Source: the human T2T-CHM13v2.0 reference genome, Homo sapiens. From it: a stretch of 64,000 bases of DNA. Positions within the stretch are counted from its first letter, which is position 1. Every line of letters begins with the position of its first letter. Of this stretch, positions 13,020-26,077 are shown one piece after another. The notes beneath the pieces were generated by a model. The model was not told the origin of the DNA, searched no databases, and saw nothing but the letters and a program-made list of their open reading frames with translations. The stretch is taken from NCBI RefSeq assembly GCF_009914755.1, contig NC_060932.1. One strand, 5' to 3'. Made by a program: the position numbers and the translations under genes.

Positions 13020-14150
13020 CATCTATTATCATTGCCATTTTTCAGATTAGAAAAGGGAGACATAGACAGATTATTTTGCCGAAAACCATATAGCAAGTAA
13101 TTGCTAGAACCCAGATGCAAACCCAAGGAGTTTTATTCTAGAGCTTACACCCTTCTCACACTGCTCTTTGCCTTGATGATGGAAAGTAGCTATGCTTTGA
13201 GCCAGCCAGGAAAACTCAAGTTTGATCCCAGTTCATTCTCCACCTCTCTGATCTGCTCTCCCAGCTGTGCTGTGTTTTAGGGTATATTGATTGGCACTGT
13301 GGTGCAGGGAGAGAGGATGGAGTTCCAGTCCATCTAAGCCTTGTCTCCTCTACTTCCTCACCATGCTGCTTTGGGCAAATTTCACAGCTTCTCTGAAACC
13401 TCGTTTTCCTCATCTGCATAGTTAGGATCACAATAACCACAGCACTATTTAGTTGTGAGTTTGTAATAATAATTTAGAAAAGTACCAAAGAAACAGATGT
13501 TTTATTCATCTTTTTTTCCCTTTGTTTTGAGAGATAGTACCTCAAATATCCATGGCTCAACTTGATCTTATTGTCTCTTGACTCAATGTTCTCAATTCTA
13601 TTGTTTTTAAAATATTAATAACAACAATAATAATAAATGTCTAACTTCACATCAGCTTTACATAAATCATCCTGGCCCATCATCATCTATAATTCTCACT
13701 ACAATCCTGTGAGAACAGCAGTGACTTTATTATCACCCTCATTTTACAGAGGAGGAAATGGAAGCTTGGGAAGATGGGGGGACCTGACCAAAGTTATGGC
13801 AAGTCCACGTGAGTGAATCTGTGTCTTGAAAACAGGTCATCTGACATTGGGGAACAAATTTTTTCCACCACAGCATACTTTCTTTAACTTCTCACATGAT
13901 ATGTTTTCCACACTTTCTGTTGCTACTCTGGTTTTTTCCTTTTAGGTCATGGTCATTGTCAATAACTTCTTGGAGGCTGGTAGAACTGAGTTCAGCATTT
14001 CAAATGTGACCCACCCCACACCACATATTTTAATGTCCGCTCATTCCAGGATGCCTGGAAGAATGGGTTTCACTCTAGGCTCTGTTTCCAATTTGTTGCG
14101 TGATATTGGTCAAACTGCTTTACCACTCTAGTCCTTGGTTTCTTCATTTT
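13020..14150. mobile_element. Cluster of MIR fragments (about 13020-13160 -, 13320-13480 +, 13640-13870 -, 14070-14150 +)
   Basis: MIR cores such as TTGGGCAAATTTCACAGCTTCTCTGAAACCTCGTTTTCCTCATCTG and CTCATTTTACAGAGGAGGAAATGGA. Confidence 0.65.
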
Positions 14151-14935
14151 CAAAAGAAGAGATTGAACAATGTCATATATATTGTAGGCCTTCAATAAAT
14201 TTTGCTAGAATAAAGGAATGAATGGATGAATCAATAAATTAGTGATTAAACTGGATAACTTCTTAATTCTTTATATCTTTGATTTTATATTAAGAGTAGC
14301 ATTTAATAATTAATTAGCATGGTTCCATCTATATGATTGACTTAATTTCTTTAGCAACACCCAAAATTGAGCCAAGTTTCTAACTGTTCAGTGGTAAGCC
14401 TCTTTCCTCCTTGGCTTTATGTTTTTATGCGGAAGGTCCCCCATTACAGCAACATCTTGGCCTCTTTGTTTACCACCATCTTCAGAGAAGAAAGAGTAAT
14501 TTAATTGACTAGTGAATTGCTCAGTTCATTCTGATTCTTCTTTTTGGGATGTTCCTGTTTGTAAAGAGGAACCATCTAGTCTATTTTCTCCATTATGCAC
14601 CAATTTAGTGGAGGCTGACTTTGTATGCCCAAAGAGGGAAACAGTGATTTGGAGTTAAGTTTAATTCAGAGTGTTAGTAAGCCCATTGGCTCTATATGGA
14701 AATCATATTAATAACTATTAACAGCTTTTATCATAGTGAAGCTGATATTTGATTTTCATTTCTCCAATCTTGAATCCAGTTATCAGTTGGCTCCATAATT
14801 AGAAAAGAGTGAGGTATTAGTTATTGACTACCAATATCTGTCATTTGGTGAAAGCAAATAATCTTAAACACAGATAAGAAATAATATTTAAGGGTAAAAT
14901 AAAAGGTAGAGGATAGAGGATTTGTTGGTCAGGAG

Positions 14936-15970
14936 TATCGGGGGAACCTGCCCCCAATATTTCAACATAGGTTCTTTCTATTTTCCCTAAGTGTCGGCTG
15001 ATCTGAGAAATAAAGAGTACAAAGAGAGGAATTTTATAGCTGGGCCACCGGGGGTGATATCACATATCAGTAGGTCCGTGATGTCCACCTGAGCCGCAAA
15101 ACTAGTAAGTTTTTATTAGGGATTTCAAAAGGAGAGGGAGTGTACGAACAGGGAGTAGGTCACAAAGATCACATGCTTCAAAGGGCAAAAAGGAGAACAA
15201 AGATCACATGCTTCTGAGGCCAGTAAAGACCACAAGGCAAAGGACAAAGCAAAGATCACAAGGCAAAGGGCAAAATCAAAAACTCCTGAGAAGGGTCTAT
15301 GTTTAGCAGTGCACTTATTGTCTTGATAAACATCTTAACAGAAAACAGGGTTCGAGAGCAGAGAACCGGTCTGACATCAAATTTACCAGGACTGGGGTTT
15401 CCCAATCCTAGTAAGTCTGAGGGTACTTCAGGAGACGAGGGCATATCTCAGTCCTTATCTCAACCGCATAGGACAGACACTCCCAGAGTAGCCATTTATA
15501 GACCTCCTCCCAGGAATGCAATTCTTTTTGTATTATATTCCTTGCTAGGAAAAGAATTTAGCGATCTCTCTCCTACTTGCATGGCTGTTTATAGGCCCTC
15601 TGCAAACAGAAAAATATGGCTCTTTTTGCCCGACCCCTTAGGCAGTCAGACCTTATGATTGTCTTCCCTTGTTCCCTAAAATTGCTGTTATTCTGTTCAT
15701 TTTCAAGGTGCACTGATTTCATATTGTTCAAACACACATGTTTTACAATCAATTTGTACAGTTAACACAATCATCACAGGGTCCTGAGGTGACGTACATC
15801 CTCAGCTTATGAAGATAATAGGATTAAGAGATTAAAGTAAGACAGGTATAAGAAATTATAAGAGTATTATTAGGGAAGTGATAAATGTCCATGAAATCTT
15901 CCTAATTTATGTTTCCTGTGCCATGGCTCCAGCCAGTCCCTCTGTTCGGGGTCCCTGACTTCTGGCAACA
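14936..15970 (-). mobile_element. MER11 solo LTR (HERV-K11/HML-8; subfamily A/B/C not resolved)
   Basis: 1035 bp; - strand start TGTTGCCAGAAGTCAGGGACCCCGAAC and end GCAGGTTCCCCCGATA; perfect 6-bp TSD CAGGAG at 14930-14935 and 15971-15976. Confidence 0.93.
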
Positions 15971-17394
15971 CAGGAGCATGGCGTTGGACCCAAAGCTTTG
16001 GCTTGTGGTATCCATGGGGGATCTTAACCAGTTTGTAGTGATCTGTGTTGTACCATGGGACTGGTTTTGGTTTTACAGTTGTGTACTTGGTCCTTGTGGA
16101 GGCTTTGTCTACAAATGAGTAGGTTTTATTATATAAGCAAGGTGGAATTTTAATAATCATACACCGTAGGAATATGATGGCCATTTAGATCTTCATTTTG
16201 GGCTGTTGTAAGTGGACCTTAAAGCATTCAGATGTGGCTTGCCTTAGTATTTCAGGCAAGGTTGAGACAGAGATTAGAACCTTTTGGTCTTGATGGGTGG
16301 TACAGAATGTCTGCTTTTCCCAAGATCCTCAGCCAAGAGTCAGATCTGCAACTGGGACTTCAAAACAATAAAGCTAGCTATGTTCCACTTGTACTGCAGA
16401 GCCCTAATGTGTTAAGTTCTTGCTTTAAAATGTTATTGTCAGGCCTAGGCAGGCGGCCTTAAACTTGTGGCTCTAAATTCCATTTGCTACACTAAAGACC
16501 AAAGGAAGAACCTGAAGGTCCCAATTTCTTACAAATATGAGCTTGTCTGCTGGTTCCTGATAGTTACATACCACTGCATGGTGTCAAGTTGGCATAGAGT
16601 TTGTTCATTTTGAAGCATCTGACTATGACTTTAATTTCCCAAGATGAAATGATTTTGTCTACAGAATGGTGGTATATTTTTTCAGCAAACAAAATAAAGA
16701 GAGATCTTCACCGTAAAAAAGAATAAATTATTTTCTTAGAGATAATTATTGAAAATCCAGAGGTTAATCAGGTAACTCAAAAGGCTGCCTGTGCCTCGAA
16801 TATTTACCACAAAGGGATTATGTAGAAAATCAAGGAAGAACTAGAATATATTGACTAGTATGCGTTAGTCTTATTGTCTGGACAATAGCAATAGAAAAAT
16901 GGAAATTAACTATAGGAAGAGAGTGTTAAAGCAGAAACAAAAAACAGATTACCATAGAAGAAATGTTGACATCTTAGAAAAATAATAAGGCAGATATAAA
17001 AGGAAAAATTGATATTAAGGACTATGATAAGCAGATATAAAATTAAAAGTAATGCATCTTGGTATAATTGCCCTAAAAGAGGGCCTTAGAATATTTTGGT
17101 TGTTCTTAGATCAGAAAACATGACAGTTGTACAATGAAATATAATAAAGAGGAAAGATCTTGGAAATTAGACTGGAATTCACGTGCCAGGGTGCTGGCAC
17201 TCACTAAGCGGTGACCATATAAAGAATCCCCTGAAGACTGGGAGAGACATGTGAGTGATCCAGAAAGTCTGGACAGACAAGAGAAATCATCAGAACATAT
17301 GCAAAAGAACTTCTGGATCGACTTCACAGTGACATAGATGTTATAGGTGAACTAGCAGCTTTTACATGTAATCTAATTTTGGATTTATGATTCT

Positions 17395-17630
17395 AAGGCT
17401 ACCATCCAGAGATAACTCTTCACAGTTAAATGATTAGATTAATTACATGATAGCACAATCTTCCTTTTGATTAACTCACTGTCAACCGATGAATAATTTT
17501 AATTAGATCTTCAGAATTCCTTTTGCCATATAATGTAGCATAATCCCCAGTGTGATAGCTTATCCTATTCACAGTCCCAGGGATTAGAGTAGGATATCTT
17601 AGGGACTATTTTAGGATTCTGTCTACCACA
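17395..17630 (-). mobile_element. MLT1 (MLT1E-like) MaLR LTR, 5' fragment
   Basis: - strand start TGTGGTAGACAGAATCCTAAAAT...TAATCCCTGGGACTGTGAATA...ATATGGCAAAAGG. Confidence 0.7.
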
Positions 17631-18521
17631 ACACATAGGGAATCTAAGCAAAATAGTGATGATTAAGTCCAGCCTACATTAGATGTAGTCTGATGGAAAA
17701 TTATCTCCTGGATGCATGCTTCAACTCAATAAATAATAATGGACAAGACTTATTGAAATGGGAGAGGCTTTTGGCACACCAAGAAATTATTTATTTTACA
17801 TGTCGCATTGTGGGAAACAGCCTATAAGATAAAATTAAGAGTATAATACCGGACAAATAAATATCTTGACCAAAAAAGCAGGGAAGGAAAAGAAGAAAGG
17901 CATTTAATTACAGCGAATAGTAGAACTCTTATTTGTTAGAGAAGGAAAGATGCCAAAGAAGCAGATTGAATAGTTAGAAACTCAGTTAAGTGTTCCTGTG
18001 AGACTTAGCAGAACAGAGGAAAAAGAAACATTGAAGGCATAGTTAACTGCAGCAAAATAGCATGTAGCAGAAAGAACTTCTATTCAAGACCAGGATCATT
18101 TAAAAGGAATAAAGACAATGTCTTGAGGAGCTCATGGAAGAAGAAGTGATCCTCACCAGGACCCTGGAACAAACATTTCCAAAGCATCAATAGCAGCCTT
18201 ACTTCCAGAATATACTGAGTGACTTTAACAGAAACAAATGTTTGGATAAGGAGAAGTCTAGAAGGCAGATTTTTTTTTTATGACCCGAGGAATTTCATTG
18301 CAAGAAGGAACAGCACCATCTCAGAAATGAACATGCTTGCTCACAAAGATAATGTGAAGGCTGAGGTACTGACATTGTCCTGGGTGCCAGGAATGTTGAG
18401 CTCAACATGATCAAGAGTGTTAAGAGGTTTTGAATTAACAGGGGCTTCCACATATGGGTATGTCCTTGCTTTTGTGAAAGGCAGGAGTTTCATAAATGCA
18501 GCCCTTTAAGAAAGTAGATTA

Positions 18522-18778
18522 GGCCAAAGTGGGCAGATCATGAGGTCAGGAGATCGAGATCATCCTGGCTAACACAGTGAAACCCCATCTCCACTAAAAA
18601 TACAAAAAAATTAGCTGGGCGTGGTGGCATGTGCCTGTAGTCCCAGCTACTCGGGAGGGAGGCTGAGGCGGGAGAATTGCTTGAACCCAAGATGCGGAGC
18701 TTGCAGTGAGCCGACATAAAGCCACTGCACTCCAGCCTGGGTGACAGAGTGAGACTCCGCCTCAAAAAAAAAAAAAAA
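18522..18778 (+). mobile_element. 5'-truncated Alu (AluY/Sc8-like)
   Basis: Starts at GGCCAAAGTGGGCAGATCA, about 45 nt missing; A15 tail; TSD GAAAGTAGATTAG at 18510 and 18780 next to a TTT/AA endonuclease site; internal GGAG duplication. Confidence 0.92.
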
Positions 18779-21239
18779 GGAAAGTAGATTAGTGAGACAT
18801 TTTCCCCCATCAGGTATGGCAAATACACCATTAATACTTGATGGTAGATTTCTCCTAAATAAGTTTCAGCTCAAGTCTATAGACTCTTCATAGCTTAAAT
18901 AGACTGACCAGCATTCTAGTCATGAGTATCCGCAATGCTCTCAGATACTTCTGAGTTTCTGCTATTCCCTGGGGCAATTAAGTACCAGAATAACATTTTA
19001 CTTGGGTTAAGTGATTTGGAGACTGAGACTTTATGCTTTCTAATTTTCTGGTCATGAAGTAAGTGCCAAAATAATATTTTTAGCCCTATTAATTCTTTGG
19101 ATTCTTTAAAAAAGGGAGCTCATGAGAGATTTGGAATTGGACTTATACAAATCTGAGACCCTATCAGAAAGATATTTATTATAGTATGACAGCCCAGGTT
19201 ATAGAAGTGAAGGGATCAAGAATCCTTCTAGGCTGGACATGTTGGCTTACATCTGCAACATCTCTACATTTCCAATATTTGAGAGCTGGAGCACCATTTA
19301 GGTTGTCATTTGATCTCATTACAGAACCTCTGATGAGCTTTTTTGGACAAAGTGGCAGGGCATAATTTGGTAGAATAAAATATAAATTTCTAGTATTAGG
19401 TACAGCATGGCCTTGGAGTTAATTTAACTTATATCTATCTGGCATACTGTAGGGCTGTCTGACCCATTCTGGGGGAAAAATATTCAGTTTACCAGAAGGA
19501 TACCACGAGGTATAATGGTTAATACTGAAGGAGTGACTTCATGAAAAGGGAGAAAGGAATAATTTGGTAGATTGCTGATCTTCTGTTATAAGGGGTTGGC
19601 TTATAACCCCTTATGATATAACCCCTTGGAAGATCCTGGGTTGATGACTGAGCTCTATAATTAAAAAATGTTAATTTTCTATAAATTATGAAAATGTTAG
19701 GGAATTGAAATGTTAGGGAGAGTTCTTTCTCCTGGTCTCATGTTTTCTATGAAAGGATCTTCTTTAGAATGATGTCCCTGGCCTCTTGCCCCAACTTTTT
19801 TATACCTCTGCATCTCCACTTCAACCAGAAGAGGACTGACCATATTTTATTGGTGGGTTTGGAAGAAGGAACCCAGCAGGAATGGCTTACCTTACTCCGG
19901 GTTTCCTTTGGGATCTGTCTATCTGCAAAAGGAAGCTTTCTGACCTGCTCTCTCTACTTCAGTGGAGCATCTTTCACCCACTACAAGGAAAGTCTGCAGT
20001 TTTAGGGGCTAAGTTCATTTCAAAGAAGTGTTACTAAGCCAGTTTGAGTGCTCATCACACAAAGTTTTAGTCCATGATACAGCTAACATAATTGTCTTCA
20101 TGTCTCACCTCCTGACCCTTCTCAGTTTGTTTCAATGCATTAACTGAAACCTAATGAGTATAAAAGAAGTGGGGGTCTGGGTTCTAAATCTACCCCCGCC
20201 ACTGGTATGCTGCTGCCTGCTGGGAAGATTACATCTATTCCCCGCATCTGAGACATCTCAGATATATAATGAAAGGATTGGACAAGGTAATCTTTAAACT
20301 TTCTTTTAGCTTTGCCGTACTGTGGCATGAATGGGAGACCTTCAGAAGGGAGTTCATGTTTGTAGTCTGTATTGCATATTGATTAACTGCCTTTTAACAT
20401 CATAATTGTTAATTGTTTATTATGGCCAGATTTGGGGAAATGGGTTCCCAGACAGTGGTGTCATATATGGGGTCAACAATTCATTGCTATTAGGGTCCGC
20501 CCAGCTGTCATTGGTGACATTAAAAATCAAACAGAGCCTTTTGTGGTCTCCCTGCCTTCTTATGTTTAGATAGTTCTGATAATTAAGATTCTGATAATCT
20601 AGACATTTTTCTCAGAGAAAGAAAAAACACTGCCAAAACCTCCAAGTGGGTCGTGTTTGAATTTGGCTGTATTTAAGAAGTATGTCTACAAGTTTGAATT
20701 ATCTCTTTTCCTGAAGAATTTTTTTAGGGCTGATATTCCTGCCTCCCACCCTCATGATTTTGTGTTTTTCTCTCTGGCCTTCTCTTTCAGCCATGCTGTC
20801 TTTCTTAGGCTTTAACCTTATTTATGTTTCCAATCTCCATAATACCTGGACACCTTGGCAATCAGCTTTTAATTTTAGTATGAAGCAGAGTGAGAGAAGC
20901 AGATGAAATATCATTGCTAAATAAATATTGGGCTTCTGTTTGTAATTTTGAAATGTTTTGAAACATTAGAAGTTGAAAAAAGAGCCAGGATTTTGAAGAT
21001 TTGTTTTGTGTGTGTAGTTTTTCTATGGGATGCAGTCTGTCATATCCACACAGACATGGTGATGTGAAAAGAGAAAAATGGATCACCTTGAGATGGCACA
21101 GTGGAAGGAAAATCTGTGTTTTGAGATCCACTTCTGTAGTTCTTTTGTATGACTACCTCTGGTAATAGTATTTCTGATAGTTGACTGAATACCTAGCAAT
21201 GATGATATTTTAAAAATGTTAATATTGAGGTTTCATTGT

Positions 21240-21480
21240 GTGCAAAGGACGTTCACATAAGGCAACATGTAGTAGCTCTTCCCTGAGACCAGCGACGTCC
21301 CAGAGAGGGACGTTCTGTCGGTCTGAGTCTGAGTCCTGCAGTGAAGAGAATGTGAAAGGAGCCACATATGACCCATGTGGACAGATACTATGGGAGAGAA
21401 ATAAACCTCTATTGTTGCAAGCCTGAGAGTTTTGGAGGTTGTTTGTTACCATGGAATAATTTAGCAAAGCTGAGAGATAG
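21240..21480 (+). mobile_element. Old MLT1 MaLR LTR, 3' fragment
   Basis: GAGAGAAATAAACCTCTATTGTTGCAAGCC...TTTGGAGGTTGTTTGTTACCA. Confidence 0.6.
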
Positions 21481-21599
21481 TGGTGGCAGCACCACAGAAC
21501 CATTCTAAAAGACGAACTGATAATACGAAACAAAGCACAATGCAATGACAACAGAAAAAAGGATGATATAGACTCCGCAACAAGACAATTCAATTAGAA

Positions 21600-21700
21600 A
21601 CTCTAGAATCTCTGGTGACAGGGTTCAGATATCAGGTATCTGTGTTTTAAAAAGCATCCCAGGAAATTCTGATGTACCGTGATAGTGGTGAACTACTTAT
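21600..21700. mobile_element. MER5A-type hAT fragment
   Basis: AGAATCTCTGG...TCTGTGTTTTAAAAAGCATCCCAGGAAATTCTGATG. Confidence 0.6.
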
Positions 21701-22789
21701 CTAGAGGAAAAGTAGAAATAAGTTTGCTTCTTTGTCTATTTTCACTCAAAGACTTTGGAGGATTTATTTTAGTCGGAAAAGCCCCATGTTGTGACTAAGT
21801 CATTTTGCTAAAGGGAGAATGCTGGGTTAGGATTTATGGTTCAAGCTTTAGCTAGTATTATCTGGTCTTAAGCAATCATGTAGTTCCCTTAGTGTCTCAA
21901 AGGTTAAGAGCAGAGTAGGACTTGGCTTCATTCTTTCAATAGGTGTGTATTGTTGGTTGATTGCAAACTGTGTGTCAGGCTCTGTGGTAAATGCAGAATT
22001 ATTCCATTAACAAAAGTTGCTAATGTTATAAGGGCTACCAAAGAGTATTCAACCAAGCTGTGCAGAGATGCCGAATGGGACATCTAACCCAAAAGGTGGA
22101 AAGAAAGGCTTTCCTGTCTATTTATAATCCTTACTTCTAGTATTGTCTTAGCATAGTCTTCTTGTGTCTTTGTTCCAAAGACACAATTGTCTGGGAGAGT
22201 AAGGAAAACAAAGACACTAGCTTAGGAAAGGCCATATAATTATATTAGTAAGTACCATTTATCATTGTCTTTAACTACTACAAGCTGAATTCCTTCAGGG
22301 TAAGGGAGCACCATGTCTGTGAGTTATTCTCAAACATTTCAGAAAAAAATAGATTTAATTATGTGGGAGGAGGGAAGAGAAGGAGAAGAGACAAGGAGAA
22401 AGCAAATATTAACATTGGGAGAATCTAGGTGAATGGTATATGAGACTTTTTTTATTCTTGACACTCATGTACATTTGAAAGTATGTCAAAATAAGAAAAA
22501 AGCCAAGAGGAAAAATTATGCTTTTCCTATACACAAAGATACTTTCTATTACTTTAGGAAAAGTCATACTTGGAATGGTAAGGCTTAAGATGGATGGAAG
22601 TGCAGTAGTAAAGAGTCTTATCCCTGGGTTGGGATCAGGATACATAGATCTGGTTTAAGGTATCCTGAGTTTCTATGCAAGATGATACTTGTCTGGATTT
22701 TATTCAACAGACCAAGGGCATTGGGCTTGTTGGGAAAGGAGGATGATAGGGATGATTTTCTGATTCTGTGTTTCCTATTTATTTGCATG

Positions 22790-23230
22790 GTCCTACCACC
22801 ATCTCGTTAGCCAAACTAAACCCTTGGAATAATCTCTAACTCTTCCTCCATTCTATAAGTTACTAGTTCCTGTAATTTCTATAAGTTACTAGTTCCTGTA
22901 ATTTCTCCCTCTGAAGTCTTTTGGGTCCTCCTCCCACCTGCCTCACCACTCCACTCCCCAAGCCTGGAAATATAACGCTCTCCTACATCCACCATTCAGC
23001 TTGCCCTCATTCCATTAAGGTCTTATGTGCAGCCAAGGTGATCTTTCTAACCAAGGTGATCTTTCTAACATACACAGCTCTCAAACACCTCTACTCATGC
23101 CATTTCTCAAAGCATCAGTGGCTTCTTAAGGCCTATGGAATAAAATACAGAGGCTGCAACTTTTCATTGTATGCCATGATGTGGCTCCAAAATTCTTTTT
23201 TATTCTTCCTACTACTAACACCTTTATGCA
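22790..23230 (+). mobile_element. L2 fragment
   Basis: GCAGCCAAGGTGATCTTTCTAA...CAGTGGCTTCTTAAGGCCTATGGAATAAAATACA. Confidence 0.6.
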
Positions 23231-23748
23231 CATAGCTTCAGCATCACTACTTTCTCTCTATCATTTATGTTTGTTTGATCTGAAATTTTGTCTGTTTGGC
23301 ATTCATGCATGCCCTCACTCTTTTGTTCACACATATTTACTGAGCGCCTACTATGCACTGTCTGTTGGGGATGCAGTGGTAAATGAAGTTGATCCAATCC
23401 TTCCCTTCTCTGCATCTACAAGCTAATGAGAAAGAGGCATACTTTAAGTTAAAAGAAAAATATATGTATTTGTGCATGTTATGACTATAAAAAGAGTTAC
23501 AAAATAGAAATATACATGAGGACTGTACTATGTATATAGTTTAGGAATATCTACTATATCTACTATATTAAGGGACTATCATGAGGATATTCCCCTAAAA
23601 TTCTCCTACCCTCTAATATATCCATATTTTTTCCATTGTTTTTCAGGATCCAAAGTTTACCTCTTTAAATAGATCTTGCCTTAAGACTGATGTAATATCT
23701 TCCTCCTCTGAATGACAATAGTGCTCCAACTGAACATTCCCTATACAC

Positions 23749-23862
23749 TAGATCAATAGTTACATATTATTATTCTGGAGCCTGAATGACTGTAGGTCAA
23801 CAGTTACATATTATTATTACTAAACCCCAAGGAGGCTAGGTCAACAGTTACATATTATTTGT
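23749..23862. repeat. Three 26-bp direct repeats separated by two different 18-bp spacers (period 44 bp)
   Basis: TAGATCAATAGTTACATATTATTATT (23749), TAGGTCAACAGTTACATATTATTATT (23793), TAGGTCAACAGTTACATATTATTTGT (23837). Confidence 0.9.
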
Positions 23863-24309
23863 TGTTTTAATCCTTGTTTTACCTCCATTTCTAATCTCTG
23901 ATGTCTATGACTTTGCATTTCCTGTTTTTTGTTCTCTTTATTGCCTCAGGGCCAGTCATAGAACTTTCCTTGTAATAAAGAATTCTGTGTACAAAATATT
24001 TATCAAATGAATAAATAAATGAACTCATGTATAACACATAGAAATATATTGTACAGTATGCCTTCTGTAATAACATATGAGCTGATTTTATTAATACAAT
24101 CTTTATTAGATCAAGAAAAATAATTGCTGATTTTTAATATAATCACTACAAATTCTGGCCTTGACTGCCAAAATCAAGATCTGTTTTAAGGGCCTTGGAC
24201 AGAAAATGTTGAAAACTACTTTAGTATAAAAGTAAATAATATACATAGAATAGTGAACAATAAATAATATAACTGAATAAATTTGGCAGAATAAAAATTT
24301 TGAAATACT

Positions 24310-24558
24310 AAGTGATCTTAGTATTTGATAGCAAAACAGGGTGATTATAGTCACTATAGACTATAGTACATTTAAAAACAACCAAAGAGTATAAATGTAT
24401 TGTTTGTTACACAAAGGATAAATGCTTGAGGGGATGGATACCCCACTTTACATGCTGTGATTATCACGCATCACATGTCTGTATCAAAACATCTCATGAA
24501 CCCCATAAATATACACATCTTCTGTGTACACATATAAATTATAATAAAAAAATTAAAA
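24310..24558 (+). mobile_element. L1MA (L1MA2/3-like) 3' end
   Basis: TAGTATTTGATAGCA...ACACAAAGGATAAATGCTTGAGGGGATGGATACCCC...CCCCATAAATATA followed by an A-rich tail. Confidence 0.8.
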
Positions 24559-25887
24559 ATGAATTATTAAGCGATCTTTGTCTATTTTACCATTTCTCCT
24601 TATGTCCTTTCTCCTCTCCCTATTGGAGTAGAGCTGTATCTAGATATCCTTACCTTTCTCTGTTCATTGCCTCAGAGAAGGAACATGACAGGGAGAATGT
24701 AGATAACAAAAATAAGATGGGCTTTTCTTGGCTTTGGAGTCATAAACATTAGGATCTTTGGGAAGCAGAAAGTACTGTAGACATATACTAAATTTGAGAG
24801 AAAACTGAATGATTAGGTAAGGATACTCTGTCTTTTCTGCTCCCACTCTTACTCTAAGAATGATTTCTCTGATGAGGGGAATAAATTTTAAGAGGAAGCA
24901 ATAGAGTTTAGTTAGACCTTGATGAGTTCCTGTAAAAGGAAACTTTATCTTACGCTTCCTGGACTAAGCCAGGTGAGGCACACAAGCCCCAGATGGATTC
25001 CCGGGTAGAGGCTGAAGGAGGTTGCAGGTCTCCACCAGGATGGTAGGATGACAAGTTTTAGCCGATACAGTGTCAGTCAGTTTTGCAGATTCTCATGTCC
25101 CGGACTGGCAGGGGGTTAACAGAATTCTTGGGTGTTCAAGATTGACCCAGGAGTATATAGAAGAGGCTTATGGTCAGTGATGCTGACCTGTCTGAACCAA
25201 TGACCAAAGGCCATGTGAGAGAACGACAGCACAGTAGATGATACTGGAGAGTTAATGGCGAGGACAAGGTGATCTTCAACACACATTATGTCACAATGCA
25301 CACTCTTCAGAACTTTGATGATGGAACTGCACACTTCCCAAATGCTTACATAATTTCCTTTCCTGTGTTGTTTGGGGTGACTGTCTTGCAAGTACAATTT
25401 TTTCTTGTTTAGCAAGCAATAAATGCAGCTTTTTTGTTTCAGATCTTGTTGGCCTCTCTCTTCCTTTGACTAAATTGAATCATATAAAATTTTAAAGAAA
25501 TATTGTATACATGAGTTTGTAGATTTAGTATTGTACCTCCTAGGTGTGTATAATACCAGCTTTCAAAAGCTCACAATCTGTTTTCAGATGTTGGCTGCTG
25601 GACTAAACAATTTTTGTAACACTGGCATATAATGTGAGAAACGCAAAGATAAGCTGAGAAGCTCTTTTGAAAGAGCTCAATAAATGTCATTCCTTTTATT
25701 TCACGGATGCATAAATGAAGTTTGACAGAAGTTATGGAAAAGCTCACATAGTTGTAGTGAGAAGTGAGAGGAATACCCTGATCTCATGTCTCCCCTATTG
25801 GGACTGTGTGCTGCATGCCTTGATTCTGATTCTGAATGAGCTGCAGAGGTGTGTGCGGGGGGTACTCCTCTTTCTTCTACAGTAGAC

Positions 25888-26077
25888 CAGCGATTGTCAA
25901 ACTTTAGGGTAAATCACAATCATCCCCTGAAGGGCTTGATACAACACTCTTGCTGGCCCAAACTACACAATTTATGATCTAGGTTTGGGGTAAAATCTAA
26001 GAATATGCATTTCTAGCAAGCTTTGAGGTTGACTCTGCTGGCCCAGGGACCACTTTAAGACACTTTAAGAACCACTT
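25888..26077. mobile_element. MER5A
   Basis: CAGCGATTGTCAAACTTTAG...GCATTTCTAGCAAG...GGGACCACTTTAAGA...AGAACCACT. Confidence 0.75.

Noticed and set aside
15163-15270. Internal direct repeats CAAAGATCACATGCTTC and CACAAGGCAAAGG
   Set aside because: To my recollection these are a normal part of MER11 LTRs.
18000-19420. Possible CR1/L3 remnants
   Set aside because: Resemblance too faint to support without an HMM search.
19618-19629. ATAACCCCTTGG resembling the T7 terminator (vector contamination)
   Set aside because: Only a 12-nt match, explained by the local duplication; no other vector sequence.
23749-23862. A true CRISPR array
   Set aside because: Primate genomic context, no cas genes or leader, only three repeats, spacers shorter than typical, and one spacer partly copied from nearby DNA. 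Kept only as an unusual repeat.
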